A stretch of DNA of 56,139 bases, taken from assembly GCA_035620355.1 (NCBI GenBank), contig DASPGZ010000101.1, positions 1 to 56,139 of the forward strand, given 5' to 3'. Numbering within the stretch: the first letter of the stretch is position 1; each line of letters starts with the position of its first letter. Positions 50,569 through 56,139 of this stretch are shown piece by piece. The stretch comes from Solirubrobacterales bacterium (GTDB lineage Bacteria > Actinomycetota > Thermoleophilia > Solirubrobacterales > 70-9). The notes under the pieces were generated by a model that saw only the letters and a list, made by a program, of their open reading frames with translations, was not told where the DNA came from and searched no databases. The position numbers were made by a program, and so were the translations under genes.

Positions 50569-52004
50569 CTGTCGAAGCCGAGCCCGAGCGCGTCCAGGGT
50601 CCGCAACCAAAGCCCGCGGCGGCCGCCCCGCCGGTCGGCCGCCGCGAGCCGGTTGCGGGTGAGCTCGATCGCCGCCCAGCGCAGCGGCTCGGGCGGGAAC
50701 GGGAACGGCTGCGAGCGGATCGCCCGCAGCCGCGTGACCTCGGTCCGGCGGCCCTCGAGCAGGTCGAGCGATACCTCGGCGCCGAAGCGGCTGGCGCCGA
50801 CGCCGAGACCGGTATGGCCGAGCGCGTAGGAGACCCGTCCCCCGAGCGCGGTCCCGTAGAAGGCGAAGAAGCGCGAGCAGGTGTCGATCGCGCCTCCCCA
50901 CCGGTGGCTGAAGCGGATCCCCTCGAGCTGCGGGAAGGCGGCGAAGAAGTGGCCGGCGAGGTCGGCGAAGGTCCGCTCCCGCGACTGGCGCTCGGGTCCG
51001 ATCCCGCTGGCGTAGTAGTAGATCGCGTCGAAGCCGCCCCAGAGGATGCGCCCGTCGGCGGTCGGGCGCGAGTAGTGGAAGCGGTTCGCCATGTCGCCGA
51101 GCCCCTGGCCGCCGGCCCAGCCGATCGCCGCCCGCTGTGCGGCGCTCAGCGGCTCGGTGACCAGCACGTAGTCCCAGACCGGAACCACGCGCTGCCGGGT
51201 GCGCCGAAGCAGCCCCGGGAAGGCGCTGGTCGCGAGCAGGGCCCGGCGGGCGCGGACCGCGCCCGGCTCGGTGACCAGGGCCACCCCGGCGCCGTGGCGC
51301 TCGATCGCGCCCACGCGTGTGTGCTCGTGGATTCGGACGCCGAGCTCCTCCGCGGCCCGCGCGAGCCCCCAGCAGAGCTTCGCCGGGTCGACCACGGCCG
51401 AGCCCGAACGGCGCCAGACCCCGCCGAGAAACAGCGGCGAGTCGATCTGGGCGCGGATCGCGTCGCGATCGAGCACCTCGGCGTCGTGACCGAACCGCGC
51501 CAACACCTCGGCGTACTCGTCGAGCAGCGCCAGCTCGTGCGGCTCGACCGCGACGTCGAGGTCGCCCGCGGCGTGGAAGTCGCACTCGATCCGGAGCCGC
51601 TCGAGGTCAGCCCGCGTGTCGGCGAAGTTCTCGAGCCCGAGCCGCTCGAGCGCCGGCATCTCGTCGGGAAACCTGGCCAGGCCGTTGTCGATCCCGTGGG
51701 TGAGGAAGGAGGAGAGGAAGCCTCCGTTGCGACCGCTGGCGGCGCCGGCGAGCTCGCCTCCGTCGAGCACGATCACCTCGCGGCCGGGGTTGCGCTGCTT
51801 CGCCAGCAACGCCGCCCAGAGCCCGCTGAGCCCGGCGCCGACGATCGCGAGGTCGGCCTCGGCCGGCGATTCGAGCGGTGGCCGGGCGGGCGGCCGCTCC
51901 GGCTGGTCGAGCCAGAACGGCTCGGTCACAGCGTCGGCGTAGGCGCGCCGGTCGGCCTCGGAGGGCCCCCGCGCGCCCCACGGACCGTGCCCTCCCCGGC
52001 TCAT
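50565..52004 (-). CDS. FAD-dependent oxidoreductase (DAO family)
   Basis: Track ORF. Dinucleotide-binding motif DLAIVGAGLSGLWAALLA...VIVLDGG, and a length (479 aa) typical of DAO-type amine oxidoreductases. Confidence 0.8.
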   Translation of the reverse strand: MSRGGHGPWGARGPSEADRRAYADAVTEPFWLDQPERPPARPPLESPAEADLAIVGAGLSGLWAALLAKQRNPGREVIVLDGGELAGAASGRNGGFLSSFLTHGIDNGLARFPDEMPALERLGLENFADTRADLERLRIECDFHAAGDLDVAVEPHELALLDEYAEVLARFGHDAEVLDRDAIRAQIDSPLFLGGVWRRSGSAVVDPAKLCWGLARAAEELGVRIHEHTRVGAIERHGAGVALVTEPGAVRARRALLATSAFPGLLRRTRQRVVPVWDYVLVTEPLSAAQRAAIGWAGGQGLGDMANRFHYSRPTADGRILWGGFDAIYYYASGIGPERQSRERTFADLAGHFFAAFPQLEGIRFSHRWGGAIDTCSRFFAFYGTALGGRVSYALGHTGLGVGASRFGAEVSLDLLEGRRTEVTRLRAIRSQPFPFPPEPLRWAAIELTRNRLAAADRRGGRRGLWLRTLDALGLGFDS

Positions 52005-52027
52005 CGCGTCGGTACCCTGCTGCGCCG

Positions 52028-52459
52028 ATGCATTTCTTCGAGGCAGCTTGTCAGGGCATCGGCCTCGCGGTCGCCTGCGGCGCGCTCGCGGGGGCGTTCG
52101 GGCGACGCGACGGCATCGGCACCGTTCTGCTGGTGCTCGCCGTGGTCGGCGGGGCGATCCTGTTCGGCGTCTCGCTCGCGGAGGAGGACCATCCCGCCTG
52201 GCCCGGGTGGCCGGCGGGGGCGCTGATCGCCGCCGGCTCGTTCCGCGTGGTCAGCGACTTCGCCGCCGGGGCCGCGGCGCGGGCCGAGGGCGGCGGCTTC
52301 ATCGCCGCCCTGATCGTGCTCGGCGCCCTCGCCACCGCCGGGCTCTCGGTGATCTGGCGGCCGCTGGGGCTGGTGGCGCTGGCCGGGATCATCTACCTCG
52401 GCGTCGCCCGCCGCCAGCGCGCGGCGCGCAAGTACGAGGGCCTGCGGACGCTGCGGTGA
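52028..52459 (+). CDS. Small polytopic membrane protein (unknown function)
   Basis: ATG 52028 (aa 51 of track ORF 51878..52459). Four hydrophobic helices and a basic C-terminus RRQRAARKYEGLRTLR. The stop overlaps the next start (GTGA). Confidence 0.5.
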   Translation: MHFFEAACQGIGLAVACGALAGAFGRRDGIGTVLLVLAVVGGAILFGVSLAEEDHPAWPGWPAGALIAAGSFRVVSDFAAGAAARAEGGGFIAALIVLGALATAGLSVIWRPLGLVALAGIIYLGVARRQRAARKYEGLRTLR

Positions 52460-54021
52460 CCCCGCCGAAGCTCGTCCTCTGCGTCGTCGACTCGCTTCGC
52501 ACCGACGCCCTCGAGGCCGCGGCCGCGGACGGCAGCGCGCCGACCTTCGCCGCCCTGCTCGAGCGCGGGACGCTGATCGGCGACTGCGTCTCGGCCTTCC
52601 CCTCGGTGACCCCGGTCTGCACCTCGTCGATCACCACCGGCCACGGCCCCGCCGAGCACTGGATCAGCGGGATGAACTGGTACTACCGGGCCGAGCAGCG
52701 CTACGTCGAGTACGGCTCGTCGTTCGAGGCGACCAGAGCCTTCGGCCTCTTCCGCTCGCTCTACGACACCGTCTACAACATGAACATGGCCCACCTCTCG
52801 GACGAGGTCGAGACCGTGTTCGAGACGCTCGGCGACCACGGGGTGCGCACGGCGTGCACGCCGTTTCTGATCTACCGCGGTCGCACCCGCCACGAGATGG
52901 GCCTCGAGGGCCTGCTGCGCCGGGTGGCGCTGGCGGCGACCTTCCGCCACGCCACCTGGGGCCCCGACGAGCTCTTCTACGGCGAGCTCTACTCGAGCCG
53001 GCGCGTCCCCTGCAAGCCGACCCTGGCCCGCCCCGGCACCCGCGACGACTACTCCGCATGCTGCGGGCGCGAGCTGATCGCCAACGACCTCTACGACTTC
53101 CTCCTCTACTCGCTGCCCGACAACGACTACCACTCGCACCGCTTCGGCCCCGAGGCGCAGTCGGAGTCGATCGTGCGCGCCGACGCCGCCTTCGCGGAGC
53201 TCGTCGACGCGGGCGGCGGGCTCGAGCCGTTCCTCGCCGAGCACGCCGTGATCCTGCTCGCCGACCACGCCCAGACCGCGGTCAGCGAGCCGCTTCCGCT
53301 GGCCGAGGAGCTCGGCTCGCGCTGGCGGGTGCTGCAGCCGAACGAGCCCGACCCGGGCGTCGCCGAGCTTGCCGTCTGCCCGAGCTCGCGCGCCGGAGCC
53401 GTCTACGTGCTCGCCGAGGGCCCGCGCGCCGCCCGCCTGCACGCGGCGGTCCGCGAGCAGCTCGCCGGGCTCGCCGGCGTCGACCTGACCACCTGGCTCG
53501 AGCTCGACGGCTCACCGGTGCTGCGCGGCGGCGCCGACGGCCCGCCGCCCGAGGGCGCGGAGGCGGTGGTCGAGCGCGACGGGCGGACGATCCGCTTCCG
53601 GCCCGGGGCCGAGGTCAGCGATCGCCGCGGCGGCCTCTGGCGGATCGACGGCGATCCCGCGGCGCTCGCCGGCAGCCTCGGCGCCGGCCGCTTCGACTCG
53701 GAGACCTACCCGAACGCGCTCGAGCGCCTCTGGTCGGCGCTGACCGCGCCGCACGCGGGCGAGATCATGCTCTCGGCGACCCCCGGCTACGAGCTGGTCG
53801 ACTGGGGCGGGACCACCCATTGCCCGGGCGGCAGCCACGGGGCACTCGAGGCCGGCGATTCGCTCGGCCCGTTGCTGCTCTGCGGGCTCGAGCCCGGGGT
53901 CGAGGGGCGCCGCGAGCAGTGGACGATCGCCGACGTCGCCGCGCTCGTCCGCGAGCATTTCGACGCCCCCGAGCCCCCGCGACGGGTGCCGCGACCGGCC
54001 GCGCTCGCTGTGGGGAGCTGA
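52456..54021 (+). CDS. Alkaline-phosphatase-superfamily protein (type I phosphodiesterase/nucleotide pyrophosphatase-like)
   Basis: GTG 52456 (aa 137 of track ORF 52048..54021). VVDSLRTDAL...FPSVTPVCTSSITTGHGPAEHWISG (nucleophile Thr context) and DNDYHSHRFGP. Confidence 0.75.
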   Translation: MTPPKLVLCVVDSLRTDALEAAAADGSAPTFAALLERGTLIGDCVSAFPSVTPVCTSSITTGHGPAEHWISGMNWYYRAEQRYVEYGSSFEATRAFGLFRSLYDTVYNMNMAHLSDEVETVFETLGDHGVRTACTPFLIYRGRTRHEMGLEGLLRRVALAATFRHATWGPDELFYGELYSSRRVPCKPTLARPGTRDDYSACCGRELIANDLYDFLLYSLPDNDYHSHRFGPEAQSESIVRADAAFAELVDAGGGLEPFLAEHAVILLADHAQTAVSEPLPLAEELGSRWRVLQPNEPDPGVAELAVCPSSRAGAVYVLAEGPRAARLHAAVREQLAGLAGVDLTTWLELDGSPVLRGGADGPPPEGAEAVVERDGRTIRFRPGAEVSDRRGGLWRIDGDPAALAGSLGAGRFDSETYPNALERLWSALTAPHAGEIMLSATPGYELVDWGGTTHCPGGSHGALEAGDSLGPLLLCGLEPGVEGRREQWTIADVAALVREHFDAPEPPRRVPRPAALAVGS

Positions 54022-54023
54022 GG

Positions 54024-54485
54024 ATGTCCTCGACCGACCGCGCGATCGCCGCCCCGGCGCCCCGCTCCGGGCTGCTGCGCAGGATCCACCACGGGACCCG
54101 CAAGCCGGCGAACTGGATGCAGCTGCTGCGCTTCGGGCTCGTCGGGGTGAGCGGCTACGTGGTCAACCTGGCGGTGTTCGCGCTGCTCAGCGGCGCTCTC
54201 GACTTTCACCACATCGCGGCCGCGCTGGCCGCCTTCGCCGCCGCCGTGATCAACAACTTCGCCTGGAACCGGCACTGGACCTTCGACGCCGGCGACGGCC
54301 ACGCTGGATTCCAGGCGGCGCGCTTCTTCACCGTCAGCGTGATCGGGCTCGGGATCAACCTGGCGCTGCTCGAGCTGTTCGTCACCGGCGCCGGCCTCCC
54401 GGAGCTGCCGGCGCAGGCGCTCGCGGTCGCCCTGACGATGCCGGTGAACTTCGTCGGCAACAAGCTGTGGACGTTCGACGGCTAG
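54024..54485 (+). CDS. GtrA-family membrane protein
   Basis: ATG 54024 in frame with track ORF 52854..54485. LLRFGLVGVSGYVVNLAVFALL...NNFAWNRHWTF...NFVGNKLWTF are GtrA hallmarks. Confidence 0.8.
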   Translation: MSSTDRAIAAPAPRSGLLRRIHHGTRKPANWMQLLRFGLVGVSGYVVNLAVFALLSGALDFHHIAAALAAFAAAVINNFAWNRHWTFDAGDGHAGFQAARFFTVSVIGLGINLALLELFVTGAGLPELPAQALAVALTMPVNFVGNKLWTFDG

Positions 54486-56139
54486 GCACCGCGCTCGCCG
54501 CCTGCCTCGCGTTAACGGTCCCCCTCCTCGGCGCCCCGACCCCGGCCGCGGCCCAGGACGGATCCGTCGCCGGCTCCACGGCCCCGATCCCGGCCGAGCC
54601 CGACTACCTGCCGCCGACGCCGGACGACTTCAGCGTCTCGGCGGCGGAGGCGGTCGAGATCGCCAACGCGGACCCGAAGGTCGCCGAGCAGAGCGCCCGC
54701 TACGGCGAGCTGACCACGGCGATCTCGGTCAACGACGACAACCTCTGGCAGGTCGGCTACAAGGACGGCGACAACGAGGTTGCGCAGGTCAAGATCGACG
54801 GCGGCACCGGGGCGATCACCGAGTCCTGGACCGGCTACCAGGTCGCCTGGCCGATGGCGCGGGGCTACGAGGCCCAGTTCGGGCACATCCTCAACGCGCC
54901 CTGGGTCTGGATCCCGATGGCGCTGGTGTTCCTCGCCGGCCTCTTCGACTTCCGCCGCCCGGGGCGGATCGCCCACCTCGACCTGCTGGTGCTGCTCTCG
55001 TTCGGGATCTCGCAGGCGTTCTTCAACGGCGGCGAGATCGGCGTCTCGGTCCCGCTGGTCTACCCGGCGCTCGTCTATCTGCTCGCACGGGTGCTCTGGA
55101 TCGGCTTCCGCGGCGGCGGGGGGCTGCGCCCGTCGCTGCCGGTGCGCTGGCTGGGGCTGGCCGCGATCCTCTTGATCGCCTTCCGGATCACGATCAACAT
55201 CGCCGACTCGGGGGTGATCGACGTCGGCTACGCGGGCACGATCGGCGCCGACCGGATCACCCACGCCGACCCGCTCTGGGGCGAGGGCGTGTTCCCCGAC
55301 GACAACCGCTTCGGCGACACCTACGGGCCGGCCAACTACTACGCGTATGTCCCCTTTGAGCTCGCCTTCCCCTGGAGCGGCGAGTGGGACGAGCTGGTCT
55401 CCTCGCACGCCGCCGCGCTCGCCTTCGACCTGGCGACGATCGCCGGCCTCTTCTTCTGCGCGACGCGCCTGGTCGGTGGGCGCGCCGGCCGTGACCTCGG
55501 GGTCCTCTGCGCGTTCGCCTGGGTCGCATACCCGTACACGGCGTTCGCGCTGCAGTCGAACTCCAACGACACGCTGGTCGCGGCGCTGGTCGTCTGGTCG
55601 CTGGCTCTGTTCGCCCGTCCGCTCGCCCGCGGGGCGCTGCTCGCCGCGGCGATGATGGTCAAGTTCGCTCCTCTGGCGCTGGTGCCGCTGTACGCGGCCG
55701 GCTTCCGCGGCCTGCTCGGGGGCGACGGCGAGGGCCGCAGGCTGGCGCCGCTGCGCCCGGTGGTCATGTTCTCGCTCGGCTTCGTCGTCGCGGCGGCGCT
55801 GCTGCTGGTCTATCCGGCGCTCGATTCGGGCCTCGGGACGTTCTTCGATCGCACCGTGGTCAGCCAGCTCGACCGGACCTCGCCGTTCAGCATCTGGGGC
55901 CAGGTCGACGGGATCCAGTGGCTGCAGACGGCGACCCTCGCGGCGACCGCCGTGCTCGCCGCGCTGCTCGCCTTCGTCCCGCGGCGCCGCGACCTTCCCC
56001 GGGTCGCCGCGCTGACCGCCGCGGTGCTGATCGCGCTGCAGCTCTCGGTCGACCACTGGTTCTACCTCTACATCCCGTGGTTCTTCGGCGCGCTGATGAT
56101 TGCGTTGCTCTGCCTGCCCGCTTCTGAGAGGGTGTCGGG
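54467..56139 (+). CDS. PepSY-like domain + polytopic GT-C-fold glycosyltransferase-like membrane protein (DUF2029/GT87-like), 3'-truncated by window end
   Basis: Not in the track (no stop in the window). GTG 54467 gives signal peptide MDVRRLGTALAACLALTVPLLGAPTPAAAQ, then a PepSY-like segment (AEAVEIANADPKV...QVKIDGGTGAITESW), then many TM helices (VIDVGYAGTIGADRI...DTYGPANYYAYVPF...). Overlaps the gtrA 3' end by 19 nt. Confidence 0.6.
   Translation, partial: MDVRRLGTALAACLALTVPLLGAPTPAAAQDGSVAGSTAPIPAEPDYLPPTPDDFSVSAAEAVEIANADPKVAEQSARYGELTTAISVNDDNLWQVGYKDGDNEVAQVKIDGGTGAITESWTGYQVAWPMARGYEAQFGHILNAPWVWIPMALVFLAGLFDFRRPGRIAHLDLLVLLSFGISQAFFNGGEIGVSVPLVYPALVYLLARVLWIGFRGGGGLRPSLPVRWLGLAAILLIAFRITINIADSGVIDVGYAGTIGADRITHADPLWGEGVFPDDNRFGDTYGPANYYAYVPFELAFPWSGEWDELVSSHAAALAFDLATIAGLFFCATRLVGGRAGRDLGVLCAFAWVAYPYTAFALQSNSNDTLVAALVVWSLALFARPLARGALLAAAMMVKFAPLALVPLYAAGFRGLLGGDGEGRRLAPLRPVVMFSLGFVVAAALLLVYPALDSGLGTFFDRTVVSQLDRTSPFSIWGQVDGIQWLQTATLAATAVLAALLAFVPRRRDLPRVAALTAAVLIALQLSVDHWFYLYIPWFFGALMIALLCLPASERVS

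Noticed and set aside
52456-54021. Alkaline-phosphatase-superfamily protein as PglZ of a BREX defence system
   Set aside because: No PglX methyltransferase, BrxC ATPase, BrxL or other BREX genes are nearby. The neighbours are GtrA and a GT-C-like transferase, pointing to envelope biosynthesis.
54512-56056. 514-aa minus-strand ORF, the only track ORF covering the right end of the window
   Set aside because: The translation is Arg/Asp/Gly/Glu-rich junk. The opposite strand encodes a coherent signal peptide, PepSY-like domain and many TM helices in one frame that stays open to the window end.

Overview
Very GC-rich, gene-dense bacterial chromosome segment. Third codon positions are almost all G/C. 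Gene content and order match the replication-origin neighbourhood of high-GC Gram-positive (Actinomycetota-like) genomes; the taxon is an inference. Core: dnaA-dnaN-recF-dciA(DUF721)-gyrB-gyrA on the minus strand, and rpmH-rnpA-yidD-yidC-jag-rsmG-parA-parB diverging on the plus strand. A 102-nt dnaA-dnaN spacer that is AT-rich and carries DnaA-box-like sites is the likely oriC. Left part: a cell-envelope glycopolymer locus (flippase fragment, O-antigen-ligase-like, FlgD-Ig protein, two LytR_C paralogs, CapD-type dehydratase), then dedA-uppP-purM and small regulator/enzyme pairs. Next comes the conserved actinobacterial fhaA-fhaB-pstP-rodA-pbpA-pknB cluster, here extended by a ddl gene and flanked by two more Ser/Thr kinases. 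Right part: pdxH, one tRNA-Ile, a PspC/LiaFSR-like envelope-stress module, an aminotransferase-ddl pair under a divergent ArsR gene, and a second envelope cluster (AlkP-family, GtrA, PepSY-GT-C) that runs off the window. I saw no rRNA, CRISPR array, transposase/integrase, prophage or recognisable defence island. Many long track ORFs are antisense or out-of-frame artefacts of GC richness. I trimmed about 20 track ORFs to internal starts and added three genes the track lacks: rpmH, a truncated flippase at the left edge, and an open-ended GT-C gene at the right edge. I do not see a clear-cut novel multi-gene system. The best leads are (1) a 370-nt structured non-coding gap (25508..25877) with a near-perfect 16S-3'-tail mimic / hyper-extended SD and a micro-ORF, (2) a 29-nt identical segment at the 5' ends of purM and ddl, (3) the PspC-decorated LiaFSR-like module, and (4) the aminotransferase-ddl coupling. 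All functional calls rest on motif recognition by eye and on synteny; no database search was run.
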